Positions 48,936-58,723 of a DNA stretch of 64,000 bases are shown here, in pieces (the first letter of the stretch is position 1; each line of letters starts with the position of its first letter). The translations under genes were made by a program, and so were the position numbers. Origin of the DNA: Gemmatimonadota bacterium (GTDB taxonomy: Bacteria > Gemmatimonadota > Gemmatimonadetes > Gemmatimonadales > Gemmatimonadaceae). A model generated the notes under the pieces. The model saw only the letters and a list, made by a program, of their open reading frames with translations. It was not told the origin of the DNA and searched no databases. The stretch covers positions 64,307-128,306 of the forward strand of contig JAZJZK010000023.1 of the NCBI GenBank assembly GCA_040389905.1. The letters run 5' to 3'.

Positions 48936-50198
48936 ATGCGCCTCACACGTCTCGTCCTCGCGACTCCCCTGCTGCTTTCGGCTTGCCGAGCGGCTCCGCC
49001 CGAGGCGGTCGCACCGCCCGCTGAATTCGTCGTCGCCGCCGGCGACTCGGCGTTCTGGGTCACGAGCGACGCGAAGGGGTTGCGCAGTCGCGCCGCGCCC
49101 ATCGAGCTCTCCGAAGTGGACGGACGCTATTTCGAGATCTACGTCGTCGACGACGACCACTCCTTCCATGGCGCCGATCTCGTCGGGCAGAGTGTCTTTC
49201 GTCGCGACCTCCGGACCGGTGACTCGATCCGTGTGTTCACGGACAGCGTGGTGCCAGCGCTCGCGCGCGCATACGCGCGCGCGCATCCCGACGACCATCG
49301 CATCGGGCCGGACGAGGAGCCGGATGACGAGCCCGATCTCCGTGCGACGGCGACGCTCGAGGTGGAGGCCACGCATGGCGTTTTCGTCTCGTATTCCCTT
49401 CACACGGATGTCGAGCGCATCGGGGAGCCCCTCTGGCACATGAGCCGGCGCGGCGTGCTCGACCTGAGGCACGGCTCGCCCGCCGTGCTCGCGTCGATCG
49501 CCGGGCCGGAGGCGCGAGCCATCGAACGCCAACGAGACGAGGCACTCAAGTCGGCGCTGGACTCGATTCGTGCCAGCCACGATGAACGTGGGGTGCGCGC
49601 GTCGGCGCTGCTGTCGCACTATCGGCTCGACCCCACCAGCTTTTCGATCACGACCGTGCGTGGTGCGCCGGCGGTTAGCTATGCCTTACCCGGCTCCGGT
49701 ACCGGTGACGCCGGCCATATGTTGCCGCTTACGCCAATCCTGTTGACCGACCCGGCGTGGTGGCCTGCGGTCGCCGCGACGCTTCCGGTGGCCTCGGCGG
49801 ATGGGTCACGAGACGTCTGGCAACACCGCGGGTACAGCGTCGTGGTCCGCTACGACGAAAGTGGGGATGCCCGGCTGTCACTGCGCGATACGACCTCGCG
49901 TGAATGGGCCGTCGGCGCCATTTCCGCGCCGGCGCGTCGGATCTTCTGGCTCGATCAACCGGGCTTCGACGGGGACTCGCGCACGGCGCTCACCAAGGCA
50001 TTCAATGAGGCCGCGGCGTACGATGGCGACTCGCGGACGGCGAATGGCCTCGCTCGGCACCTGCCCTTCGCATTAGATTTCCAGAATGCAGCTCTTCACC
50101 ATCGATCAGGCGAACCGCACCCTGCCACTGGTGCGCCGTATCGTCGAGGACATCGTTCGCGAGCACCGGCGCTGGCAAGAAGCGGTCGTCGAGCTTGA
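48936..50198 (+). CDS. Hypothetical lipoprotein
   Basis: Lipobox LSAC; long ORF whose 3' end overlaps the next gene by 113 nt. Confidence 0.7.
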   Translation: MRLTRLVLATPLLLSACRAAPPEAVAPPAEFVVAAGDSAFWVTSDAKGLRSRAAPIELSEVDGRYFEIYVVDDDHSFHGADLVGQSVFRRDLRTGDSIRVFTDSVVPALARAYARAHPDDHRIGPDEEPDDEPDLRATATLEVEATHGVFVSYSLHTDVERIGEPLWHMSRRGVLDLRHGSPAVLASIAGPEARAIERQRDEALKSALDSIRASHDERGVRASALLSHYRLDPTSFSITTVRGAPAVSYALPGSGTGDAGHMLPLTPILLTDPAWWPAVAATLPVASADGSRDVWQHRGYSVVVRYDESGDARLSLRDTTSREWAVGAISAPARRIFWLDQPGFDGDSRTALTKAFNEAAAYDGDSRTANGLARHLPFALDFQNAALHHRSGEPHPATGAPYRRGHRSRAPALARSGRRA

Positions 50199-50487
50199 TC
50201 TCCTCTCCTCCGTTTCGCACCCGGAGCTTTCCAACCCGCGAACAGTCGCGTTGGAGCGGAAGATCAAGGTGATGGCACGCGAGATCGATGGCTATCAGAC
50301 GGAACTCGAGCGGCTGGGCATCCAGCTCAAGGACCGGCGCATTGGATTGATCGATTTTCCGAGTGAGCTCGACGGACGTCCCATGCTGCTGTGCTGGCAG
50401 CTGGGCGAGCCGTCGGTGCAGTTCTGGCATGATCTCGATTCCGGCTTTGCCGGCCGCCAGCCGCTGTCGCCCACGCTCGTCGGTTGA
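50086..50487 (+). CDS. DUF2203 family protein
   Basis: FT..QANRTLP, KD...GLIDFP, LCWQLGE, WH....GFAGR.P. Confidence 0.9.
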   Translation: MQLFTIDQANRTLPLVRRIVEDIVREHRRWQEAVVELDLLSSVSHPELSNPRTVALERKIKVMAREIDGYQTELERLGIQLKDRRIGLIDFPSELDGRPMLLCWQLGEPSVQFWHDLDSGFAGRQPLSPTLVG

Positions 50488-50503
50488 CCTTCCCTGAACG
50501 AGA

Positions 50504-50779
50504 ATGATGAAGACCTATACCGCACCCGACGGGATCATCTGGGGCGTCAAGATTCAATCGCCCGGTTCGAGCAACGCGATGATCTTGTTTCGCCACCCCG
50601 ATGGCCGCACGTCGCGCCTCGATCGCTACAACTGGGTCATCACCAATGGCCCGGAGTCGAAGAGCGTCACCTCTCGTCTCGATCCGGATATGGTGCTCGA
50701 GCAATTGAACGATGCGACGATCGCGCGACTGTTCGGGCGGTCGATGGCGGTGAGCCGGCCGGGCGAGCTGCCCTCGTAG
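50504..50779 (+). CDS. Hypothetical protein
   Basis: 91-aa ORF with normal composition, co-oriented with DUF2203. Confidence 0.7.
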   Translation: MMKTYTAPDGIIWGVKIQSPGSSNAMILFRHPDGRTSRLDRYNWVITNGPESKSVTSRLDPDMVLEQLNDATIARLFGRSMAVSRPGELPS

Positions 50780-50780
50780 G

Positions 50781-51713
50781 CTAGCCCTGCTCGACGTCCC
50801 GAAACGGGACATCCAGCTCCAGCCCGTCCTTGCCAACGACCGTCCGTTCGAAGCACTGACGCGCTTCCTTCCCGAGATCACTCGCGTCGTGGGAATAGCG
50901 CGCGGAGAAGTGCGTCAACACGAGCGTGCCGACCCCGGCGTCCCGCGCCACCATCGCCGCCTCTCGAGCGGTGGAATGCCCGGTTTCCACGGCGCGCACC
51001 GCTTCCTCGTCTCCGAACGTTGCCTCGTGGACCAGGACGTCCGCGCCTCGGGCGGCCTCGATCGTGGCGTCGCATGGGCGTGTGTCCCCCGAGAGGACGA
51101 TCTTGCGCCCTGAACGCGGGGCACCCACGAGCTCGTTCGGTTCGATGATCCTTCCGTCACTGAGCGTCACTGGGCGTCCGCGGTGGATCTCTCCCCAGAG
51201 CGGTCCCTCCGGAATGCCAAGCTCCCGCGCGCGCTCAGGATTGAAGCGTCCCTTTCGGTCATCCTCCACGAGCGCGTATCCCAGCGACCGCGATCCACGG
51301 TGATCGGCAGCATAGGCCACGATGGCGTAGTCCTTTCGCGCCACGCGCTCTCCGGGCTCCAACTCCACGACCTCGATCGGAAAGGACAACCGGTCCATCC
51401 CGAACTCTTCGGCGCGTTTGAGCGTGCGGACCGCGCCACGCGGACCCCACAGGCGCAGCACGTCGGTGCGACCCTGGAGCGACATCGTTCGCATCAGGCC
51501 GATCACCCCAATGACGTGATCTGCATGAAAATGGGTAAAAAACAAGTCCGCCAGGGCAAAGGAGACGCCGTACCGCATCATCTGGCGCTGGGTTCCTTCC
51601 CCGCAGTCGAACAGGATCGTTTCGCCCTCCCGGACGACGGAAGCGGACGCGACGTTTCGCTCGACGGTTGGACGGGATGCCGAGGTACCGAGTAGACGGA
51701 TAGAGAGCGACAT
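50781..51713 (-). CDS. rnz: Ribonuclease Z
   Basis: LGTS, FDCGEG, THFHADH, GP exosite, SGDT, HEATF, HST, THFSARY. Confidence 0.95.
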   Translation of the reverse strand: MSLSIRLLGTSASRPTVERNVASASVVREGETILFDCGEGTQRQMMRYGVSFALADLFFTHFHADHVIGVIGLMRTMSLQGRTDVLRLWGPRGAVRTLKRAEEFGMDRLSFPIEVVELEPGERVARKDYAIVAYAADHRGSRSLGYALVEDDRKGRFNPERARELGIPEGPLWGEIHRGRPVTLSDGRIIEPNELVGAPRSGRKIVLSGDTRPCDATIEAARGADVLVHEATFGDEEAVRAVETGHSTAREAAMVARDAGVGTLVLTHFSARYSHDASDLGKEARQCFERTVVGKDGLELDVPFRDVEQG

Positions 51714-51747
51714 GGCCGCGAAATATACCCGTCGTGGCAGACGCGGC

Positions 51748-51761
51748 GGCCCGGGGCTTGC
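51748..51761 (+). promoter_or_regulatory. sigma54-type promoter
   Basis: GGCCC-GGGGC-TTGC upstream of the KGG gene. Confidence 0.5.
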
Positions 51762-51887
51762 TTCTCTGTCCGCTTGGGCGGGCGAATCCGTCTTCTACGG
51801 ATGGGTCCGTTGTTTGCAGCAGAAGTACCGTGACGCGGCGCTGATGGGCCGCGACGAGGTGGGCCATACTTTCAGGAGGAGTTGTAC

Positions 51888-52460
51888 ATGGCGATCAGAC
51901 CGAACGATGAGGAGCGCGGCTTCGGCGCAGACCGGGAGCGTCAGCGCGAAGTGGCCAACGAGAGCGGACGCTCGGCGCGCGCTTCGAACGGCGAGAACGC
52001 CTCGGACGCAGAAAGCGCGTCCGGAGCGGAGGGATCGGCCCAACGTGGGCGCAGCAACCGTGGCTTCGCATCCATGGACAGGAGCAAGCAGCGCGAAATC
52101 GCGAGCAAGGGTGGCCGCGCAGCGCACCAGAAGGGTACCGCGCACGAGTTCGACTCGGGAGAAGCTCGCGCTGCAGGGCGGAAGGGCGGTGTCACAGTGA
52201 GCAAGAACCGCGAGCATATGGCGGCGATTGGTCGACGTGGTGGAGAAGCGCGGGGTGCAAACCGCGCCGCTCGCTTACAGGGTTCGGCCGAGGCCTCGAC
52301 CAATGGCGGGAGCATGCCGTCCGACCGCGAAGTCGGGCTCAACGGCAACCAGGCTCAGCAGCGAACGGCGGCTTCACAGCCGGCACGGCCCAGTGGCAAT
52401 TCGTTGGGCGGTGAGTCCCGGTCCGTCACTGCGCCAGAGCAGAGCGTCGAGCGGTCGTAG
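51888..52460 (+). CDS. KGG-repeat general stress protein
   Basis: RGFASMD..KQREIASKGG, AGRKGG, MAAIGRRGG; RBS AGGAG. Confidence 0.9.
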   Translation: MAIRPNDEERGFGADRERQREVANESGRSARASNGENASDAESASGAEGSAQRGRSNRGFASMDRSKQREIASKGGRAAHQKGTAHEFDSGEARAAGRKGGVTVSKNREHMAAIGRRGGEARGANRAARLQGSAEASTNGGSMPSDREVGLNGNQAQQRTAASQPARPSGNSLGGESRSVTAPEQSVERS

Positions 52461-52481
52461 CGCGCCGTTTTCAGCAGGAGT

Positions 52482-52524
52482 CTGTCCGCCGTCCGCGCTC
52501 GCTGCGGATGGCGGACAGTTTTTT
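52482..52524 (+). terminator. Intrinsic terminator
   Basis: CTGTCCGCCGTCCGC / GCGGATGGCGGACAG stem followed by a T tract. Confidence 0.8.
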
Positions 52525-53464
52525 ATGCCTCGATGATTTTACGCCAGACGGCTTGATCAATGTTGCCGCCCGAAACGATGACGGCGATGGGGCCGACAAA
52601 CTCTGGACAAGCCGCGCACCGCATCGCGGCCACCGCGCACGCGCCGGAGCCCTCGGCGCGCATGTCGTGCTCATGCGCAAGCCAACCGATGGCGGACGCC
52701 ACTTCCTCCTCGCTCACCACGATCATCTCGTCGATCGCGAAGCGGCCGATCTCGACGCCCTCATCGTCCACTTGGCCCGCCAACCCATCTGCAAGCGTCG
52801 GAAGAATCTCGACATCCGTTTGCCGGCCGGCGGCAAGTGAGGCGGCCATCGCGTTCGTGACGTCGGTCTGTGCACCCACGATGCGAACGTGGGGCGCTAC
52901 GGCCCGGACGATCGCGGCGATTCCTCCCACAAGGCCGCCTCCGCCCACCGGCACCACAATCGTTCCGACCGATGGCAAATCCTCGAGGATTTCGACCCCG
53001 ACCGTACCCTGTCCTGCGATGAGCGCCGCGCCGGAGCAGGGGTTCACGAAGGGCATTTCATGCGCATCGCTGTACTCGATCGCAGCCCCGTGGGCGGCAT
53101 CGTAGTGCGGCTGTGACTCATCCACCTGGGCGCCGAGCGCCCGAATGCCGTCGCGCTTGACCCCAGGCGCCGAAGCAGGAACAAAGATCCGCGCCCTGAT
53201 GCCGAGTCGTTGCGCCGCCCACGCGACGCCAAGCCCATGGTTGCCCGCCGACGAAGCGACGATTCCCCTGGCGCGCTCGGATTCTGACAGCGACGACAAT
53301 GCGTTGTATGCGCCTCGCAGTTTGAAGGAGCCGGTGCGCTGGAGGTTTTCGCACTTGAGGTAGACCTCTGTTCCGAGTCCGGGCGCACGAAGGAGCGCCG
53401 TGCGCTCGGCAACGCCGCGAAGTCGGTGCGCGGCGGCCAGTACCTGGGCGGGAGTGGGAAGCAT
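52523..53464 (-). CDS. Threonine/serine dehydratase-family PLP enzyme
   Basis: KCENLQRTGSFKLRGA, SAGNHG, VGGGGL, SGGN. Confidence 0.9.
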   Translation of the reverse strand: MLPTPAQVLAAAHRLRGVAERTALLRAPGLGTEVYLKCENLQRTGSFKLRGAYNALSSLSESERARGIVASSAGNHGLGVAWAAQRLGIRARIFVPASAPGVKRDGIRALGAQVDESQPHYDAAHGAAIEYSDAHEMPFVNPCSGAALIAGQGTVGVEILEDLPSVGTIVVPVGGGGLVGGIAAIVRAVAPHVRIVGAQTDVTNAMAASLAAGRQTDVEILPTLADGLAGQVDDEGVEIGRFAIDEMIVVSEEEVASAIGWLAHEHDMRAEGSGACAVAAMRCAACPEFVGPIAVIVSGGNIDQAVWRKIIEA

Positions 53465-53511
53465 TGCGCAAATTAGCGTGCGTGTTACCGCGAGCCGAAA
53501 CAGTCGTCCTG

Positions 53512-53539
53512 TTGACAGTGGGGGACGCCTGGCTATGTT
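53512..53539 (+). promoter_or_regulatory. sigma70-type promoter for tRNA-Ala
   Basis: TTGACA-N16-TATGTT. Confidence 0.55.
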
Positions 53540-53634
53540 TGATCCAGTGACGGCGGCCCCGCACGGTTGCGGGGCTGTTTCTGTCTGGTATCCCAAGTTC
53601 GCGGTGGGAAACTGCCGTGAACCCGCGACATTGC

Positions 53635-53707
53635 GGGGCTGTAGCTCAGCTGGGAGAGCGCGCCGTTCGCATCGGCGAGGTCAGGGGTTCGAGCCCCCTC
53701 AGCTCCA
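53635..53707 (+). tRNA. tRNA-Ala (anticodon CGC)
   Basis: GGGGCTG/CAGCTCC acceptor with G3-U70, full cloverleaf, anticodon at 53668-53670, CCA not encoded. Confidence 0.97.
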
Positions 53708-53879
53708 TTGATTGTTCTGTGCAGTTGGCATCTGGTTTGCCGACTCAGTGTTTTTGCCCGCCGCCGGTCGGTAGGACGGAGAGTTCCAATGTCGGTGCGC
53801 GTGGCAAGTCTCAGGCAGGCCTAAAGGCCGATGCGTGGACGAACGCCGTGATCCCATCAGGGATCGCGGCGTTTTTGGC

Positions 53880-55169
53880 CTATGGCAACATCGCCCGAGC
53901 GTCTTCGCGCATGGCGCCGAACAGCTCGCGGAGCCACAGGTTCTCTTCATGCTCCACTCGCGCGCCGAAGTCATCCACGGCCGTGCCGGCGAGGGAGTTG
54001 ATGAATCGCAGGATCGCACTCTCCTGAACGGCCAATCGCGTCTGCCGGATGAGCACGGTAGGCTGATCGCCATCACCGGCGCGAAGACCCATGCGAAAGA
54101 GCGCGCCGTCGCCCGCGAAGGGGCGCCGGAGAGGCGAACGGATCAGCCGCGCCGTGATGAAGGGCAGGTTCCATTTCGGTTCTTTCCTCGCCGAGAACGT
54201 CCAGTCTCGCAAGGAATCACCGCGGGCTGAGTTGACAAACTCCAGTGGAAGCTCGTGAAAGCCGACCGTGAACATCTTCGCCTTGACCGCAAAGTCGGCG
54301 AGCAGTTGCAGCGTGTCCGGTATGGGTCGCGCGGGGCCAGCCAGTGGAACCAGGTGTCCGCCCTGGCTCCGCAGGTTGATCGTGAAGACGCGATCTTTCC
54401 CGGCGATGTCGACGAAGGCGACACCGGCGCGATCCGAGACGAGGAGCCGGATTCGCGCCGACTCGACGTATTTTCGGATGTACTCGGAGAACCACGGCAG
54501 GCGCGCTCGCAGCTTTCCGGAATGTACGGTGAATCGCAGCGACACCGAGGTACTGCCGTCGGGTAGCACGGTTGGGTGCAACGAGTCGAGCGTGAAGAGC
54601 GGCTCGAGCACGGCGGCCGTTCGCGGCGACGACGCGGCGAGATTGGCGCGCGCGTCGCGCTCGTTCAATCCCTCTCCAGCCGTGAGCAACCGAGAGATCA
54701 GCGAGGCGAACTCGCCTGGCCGAACGCTCCCGAGCGCGAAATCAACCGCGGTATCCCACTGGTAGGCGCCGTCGGCGAGCTTGCCCAGTGTGGTAATGTG
54801 CCGGCCATCTGCGGGCTTGAGTGGCGCCTGGCTTCCTCGCTGTGAGGACATCATGTACCGTCCGCCACTGAAGGTCCCGAAGGTTTCGAGCATGCGAACC
54901 GGTCCGGACATGTTGGTCCAGGCCGCAGTATCCTCGAACACCTGCGATGGGGACAGCGCACCGTGCGCGAGCTGCACACGCGCGTACTCGTATTTCGCAT
55001 TGCGCAGCACGTCGGCGTGCCGATCGGCAAGCGCCGTGAACAACTGGTCCGCGCTCGTTCGAGCGTGCGCGCCAACGCCGAGCGCTGAGACACTTTCCTT
55101 GCACCCCAGCAGTAGAGGCATGAGGAGAATTGTTCCGATGCGCGCAGCGCGATAGGCGCGACGAATCAT
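53880..55169 (-). CDS. Hypothetical lipoprotein
   Basis: 429 aa, lipobox LLGC; no motif recognised. Confidence 0.7.
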   Translation of the reverse strand: MIRRAYRAARIGTILLMPLLLGCKESVSALGVGAHARTSADQLFTALADRHADVLRNAKYEYARVQLAHGALSPSQVFEDTAAWTNMSGPVRMLETFGTFSGGRYMMSSQRGSQAPLKPADGRHITTLGKLADGAYQWDTAVDFALGSVRPGEFASLISRLLTAGEGLNERDARANLAASSPRTAAVLEPLFTLDSLHPTVLPDGSTSVSLRFTVHSGKLRARLPWFSEYIRKYVESARIRLLVSDRAGVAFVDIAGKDRVFTINLRSQGGHLVPLAGPARPIPDTLQLLADFAVKAKMFTVGFHELPLEFVNSARGDSLRDWTFSARKEPKWNLPFITARLIRSPLRRPFAGDGALFRMGLRAGDGDQPTVLIRQTRLAVQESAILRFINSLAGTAVDDFGARVEHEENLWLRELFGAMREDARAMLP

Positions 55170-55288
55170 GTAGAAAAACGGGGTGTGGATAGCGGCTCCG
55201 GCAGGCGTCCGAGGGGTTGAAGCGGCATCCTCCTCCGGCTACTTTACAAGGGTTCCGCCAATTCTGCGCTCTGGTTGGCGGTTTTTGC

Positions 55289-55361
55289 AGCCCCTTGGTG
55301 TAACTGGCAACACGTCTGCCTCTGGAGCAGAAGAGTCCTGGTTCGATCCCAGGAGGGGCTA
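55289..55361 (+). tRNA. tRNA-Gln (anticodon CTG)
   Basis: AGCCCCT/AGGGGCT acceptor, TCTGC-CTCTGGA-GCAGA anticodon arm, TTCGA T-loop; CCA not encoded. Confidence 0.95.
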
Positions 55362-55384
55362 CTCGAATTTGCAGTGTGTCTCAC

Positions 55385-55419
55385 AACGCTCCGCCATTTT
55401 GGCGGGGCGTTTGTGTTTT
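55385..55419 (+). terminator. Intrinsic terminator after tRNA-Gln
   Basis: AACGCTCCGCCA / TGGCGGGGCGTT stem followed by TGTGTTTT. Confidence 0.7.
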
Positions 55420-55424
55420 CGAAT

Positions 55425-56504
55425 CTAGGAAGGCGACTTTCGCGCCAGCGCCGCTCGCGCACCGCGCCCGTTCCACCACATCAGGAATCCGCTGATCGAC
55501 TGGCTTGCGAGAACGAGGGCAGCAATGAGCCACACCGCTTCCGTCGGCTTGCCAAGGAGATCGCCGGTGTGGACCGATCGCATCACGTTATTGATCGCGG
55601 TACCCCGCTCCGCCTCCCGACTGCTCTCGGCGAGCAGCACCGTCCCGCGGAATCGGTCGACGTATACGCGACTGCGGCCGCCAGGCGTCCGGTCCTCCGG
55701 AAACTTCAGCGCCACCACAACGGGGAGCGTCGTTTTCTCGGGAGCGGAAAGGAGCGACAGGCTCGCGCCGGGAATAGCACCGCGTGCAACCTGTGCGAGC
55801 GAATCGAATGATAGCTGTCGCGCGCCACTGTCGGTCGCCGGCTGTTTTGGTACGGCGGCCCTCGGCCGCGCGTCGAGCCTCGCGATGGCGTCTCCAGCCG
55901 CGCGAGAGTGAATGACCGCCCCGCTCGCCGTAATGGTGAACAATACGAGTGACGCCGCGATTCCCAGCGCGTGATGCAGATCGAAGACGATTCGTTTCCA
56001 CGAGGCACTCCAGCGGATTCGCCAGAGCTTGTCCGTCCACCAGAGCACAACTCCGGAGATCGTCAGCAGCAGGGCGGCGAGCGTCACGATCATGACGATC
56101 GTGCCCCCCGCATCTCCGGCCATCAGTGTCGTATGCAACACGTGCAGCCGGCGCGGCAGCGACTTGTTGAAGTCGGCCTGTGCGCGCGTGCCGAGGACGA
56201 CAGCGGTGTAGGGATCGATGAAGATCTGGATGGGTGGCGCCTGCACGAAGTACGCGCGGTCGTCCGCTTGAGCGACGACGAATCCGGTGATCGCCGCTCC
56301 CGGCACGGCCGCCTGCGCGCGCCGGGCCAGCGTGTCAAGCGATAGCGGTGCCGCCGCGGGCGTGACGCGCCAGAGGTGCGGATTGAGCCCGCGGTCGATC
56401 GCTCCTTCGAAGACGAGGCTGCTACCCGTCAGCGCGACGATCAAGATCACGATGGACGTGACGAGGGCGACCCAGCGGTGCAGCACGAGCAGTGAATTGC
56501 GCAT
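55425..56504 (-). CDS. PepSY-associated TM helix domain protein
   Basis: LHRW..TG, IDPYT..VLG, LH..G, DLH..LG, VHTG. Confidence 0.9.
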   Translation of the reverse strand: MRNSLLVLHRWVALVTSIVILIVALTGSSLVFEGAIDRGLNPHLWRVTPAAAPLSLDTLARRAQAAVPGAAITGFVVAQADDRAYFVQAPPIQIFIDPYTAVVLGTRAQADFNKSLPRRLHVLHTTLMAGDAGGTIVMIVTLAALLLTISGVVLWWTDKLWRIRWSASWKRIVFDLHHALGIAASLVLFTITASGAVIHSRAAGDAIARLDARPRAAVPKQPATDSGARQLSFDSLAQVARGAIPGASLSLLSAPEKTTLPVVVALKFPEDRTPGGRSRVYVDRFRGTVLLAESSREAERGTAINNVMRSVHTGDLLGKPTEAVWLIAALVLASQSISGFLMWWNGRGARAALARKSPS

Positions 56505-56576
56505 CTCGCATTCTCGGTATTTGGGGCGAGCACTGCAACTATGAATCAGGGGCTTGCATATCATCCACAACTGAGT

Positions 56577-56592
56577 ATCTTAGTTCTAAGAT
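56577..56592. promoter_or_regulatory. MhqR-like operator (second copy at 57113-57128)
   Basis: ATCTTAG-TT-CTAAGAT overlapping the start codon; ATCTCAG-TG-CTAAGAA upstream of the YceI gene. Confidence 0.75.
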
Positions 56593-57076
56593 GAATACGA
56601 ACACCGATCAGACGAGCCCTGTCGCGACGAGCGATCCTGCCGAGGCAAGGGCGCTGAAGCTCTGGGTTGTGCTGTCCAGGGCGCATGCTGCCATAACGCG
56701 GCACGCAACCGAGGACATCGCACAGCACGACATCTCGCAGATGGAGTTTGCCATTCTCGAGGTGCTGCACGCCAAGGGTCCGCTCCTCCTGGGCGAAATT
56801 CAACGAAAGGTTCTCGTCACCAGCGGCGGTATTACGTATCTCGTGGATCGGCTCGCGGAGAAGGGGTTGGTGAAGAGGGAAGAATGCCCATCGGACCGTC
56901 GGGCCCGGTATGCAGTGCTCACGCCAGCGGGGAGTGAACTGATTGGCCGGATCTTTCCGGCGCACGCAAAGGCGATTGCGAAGGCGGTCGGCGGACTCAG
57001 CGCGGCGGAACAAGCGCAGGCGACGGAGTTGTTGAAGAAGCTCGGGATTGCCGCAGGGGATCCCGCGAACCAATAG
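56591..57076 (+). CDS. MarR family regulator (MhqR-like)
   Basis: EFAILEVL..KGP, SGGITYLVDRL..KGLV, DRR. Confidence 0.9.
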   Translation: MNTNTDQTSPVATSDPAEARALKLWVVLSRAHAAITRHATEDIAQHDISQMEFAILEVLHAKGPLLLGEIQRKVLVTSGGITYLVDRLAEKGLVKREECPSDRRARYAVLTPAGSELIGRIFPAHAKAIAKAVGGLSAAEQAQATELLKKLGIAAGDPANQ

Positions 57077-57158
57077 CAAGTTGTTCGGATAGCTCAGCAG
57101 GTCGCGTCTAATATCTCAGTGCTAAGAATTTTACCAATAAATATCAAGGAGCTCAGCC

Positions 57159-57704
57159 ATGACCGCAGCAGCCGTAGTCCCCGTCACCACTTCCTGGAAG
57201 CTCGACGCGACGCATTCCGTCGTCGAATTCTCGGCGAGACACATGATGTTTACCACCGTGAAGGGCCGGTTCGCTCGGGTCGAGGGCACGGTGATCGCTG
57301 GCGAATCGCCAGCACTGTCCTCTGTCAACGTCACCATCGACGCCAACAGCATCGACACGCGCGTGGAGCAGCGCGATCAGCATCTGCGCTCTGCGGATTT
57401 CCTCGATGTCGCGCAGTTTCCAACGATCACGTTCCAGAGCACGAGACTCGAAGGCATCAAGTCGGAATTCCGCATGACCGGCGACCTCACGATCCACGGC
57501 GTTACACGCCCCGTCACGCTCGATGTGACGTATGAGGGATCAGGCACGGACCCCTGGGGCAATGAGCGCATCGGATTCACGGCCGCCGGCAAGATCGATC
57601 GTCGCGAGTTCGGACTCGTGTGGAATCAGGCGCTCGAAGCGGGCGGCGTGCTCGTCAGCAACGACGTCAAGATTCAGATTGAAGTGCAGTTGGTCAAAGC
57701 GTAA
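57159..57704 (+). CDS. YceI family protein
   Basis: HS.VEF, RDQHLRSADF, GDLTIHGVT, DPWG. Confidence 0.93.
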   Translation: MTAAAVVPVTTSWKLDATHSVVEFSARHMMFTTVKGRFARVEGTVIAGESPALSSVNVTIDANSIDTRVEQRDQHLRSADFLDVAQFPTITFQSTRLEGIKSEFRMTGDLTIHGVTRPVTLDVTYEGSGTDPWGNERIGFTAAGKIDRREFGLVWNQALEAGGVLVSNDVKIQIEVQLVKA

Positions 57705-57758
57705 TCGATGGGAGCTAGCACCTAGCACCCGAACACCTGTCCCCGTCCCCTATCTCCG

Positions 57759-58706
57759 ATGCAGCTCACAGGCATACATCACCTCACCGCCATATCGGCA
57801 CGCATTCGCGATAATCATCACTTCTACACGCAGACGCTCGGCATGCGGCTCGTGAAGCGGAGCGTGAATCAGGACGACACCAGCGCGTACCACCTGTTCT
57901 ATGCCGATGCGAAGGGCACGCCAGGTACTGACCTGACCTTCTTCGACTGGCCGGCCGCACTCGAGACGCGAGGACGCAACTCGATCGCGCGCACGCATCT
58001 CCGCGTGGCCGGTGGCGATACGCTGGCGTGGTGGAAGTCCCACCTGGGCGAAGCGAAGGTCTCGGTCGGCGAGGTTACGGAGCGAGACGGGCGGTTGACG
58101 CTCGATTTCGAAGACTTCGAAGGCCAGCGACTGTCTCTCGTCGACGATGGAGCAGTAGGAGACGCGTATCCATGGGAGCGGAGCCCCGTGTTGCCGGAGC
58201 ATCAAATCCGCGGGCTTGGCCCCATCATGCTTACCGTGGCCGATTTGCGCGGCACCGACGCGGTGCTCCAGAAGGGCCTGAATATGCGCCCCATCCGCGA
58301 ATACGCTGCACAAGACCATCCGGGCGACACCGTTCACGTATACGAAATGGGCGCAGGCGGGCCTGCGGCGGAGCTGCACATTGCTGTTCAGCCGCACCTG
58401 CAGCCGTCGCGGCAGGGCGCCGGCGGAGTGCACCACGTGGCTTTCCGCACTCCGGACGCAGATTACGATGCATGGGCCGAACGACTGAACGTGCTCGGGA
58501 TTCGCAACAGCGGACCGGTCGACCGCTTCTGGTTCCGCAGTCTCTATTTCCGGGAGCCGAGTGGGGTGCTGTTCGAGATTGCGTCGGAGGGGCCGGGGTT
58601 CTCGGTGGACGAGAGCGAAGAGCAGCTGGGAGAGAAGGTCGTTCTCCCCCCGTTTCTCGAAGGGCAGCGTGATCAGATCGTCAGCCGACTCAAGCCGATC
58701 GACTAA
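57759..58706 (+). CDS. Ring-cleaving dioxygenase (MhqO-like)
   Basis: GIHHLTAI, LVKRSVNQDD, VHHVAFR, DRFWFRSLYFREP.G.LFEIA. Confidence 0.93.
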   Translation: MQLTGIHHLTAISARIRDNHHFYTQTLGMRLVKRSVNQDDTSAYHLFYADAKGTPGTDLTFFDWPAALETRGRNSIARTHLRVAGGDTLAWWKSHLGEAKVSVGEVTERDGRLTLDFEDFEGQRLSLVDDGAVGDAYPWERSPVLPEHQIRGLGPIMLTVADLRGTDAVLQKGLNMRPIREYAAQDHPGDTVHVYEMGAGGPAAELHIAVQPHLQPSRQGAGGVHHVAFRTPDADYDAWAERLNVLGIRNSGPVDRFWFRSLYFREPSGVLFEIASEGPGFSVDESEEQLGEKVVLPPFLEGQRDQIVSRLKPID

Positions 58707-58723
58707 CGGCTAATTTGGAAGGC

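Noticed and set aside
53635..55361. Integrative element at the tRNA genes
   Set aside because: No integrase and no duplicated tRNA 3' end seen
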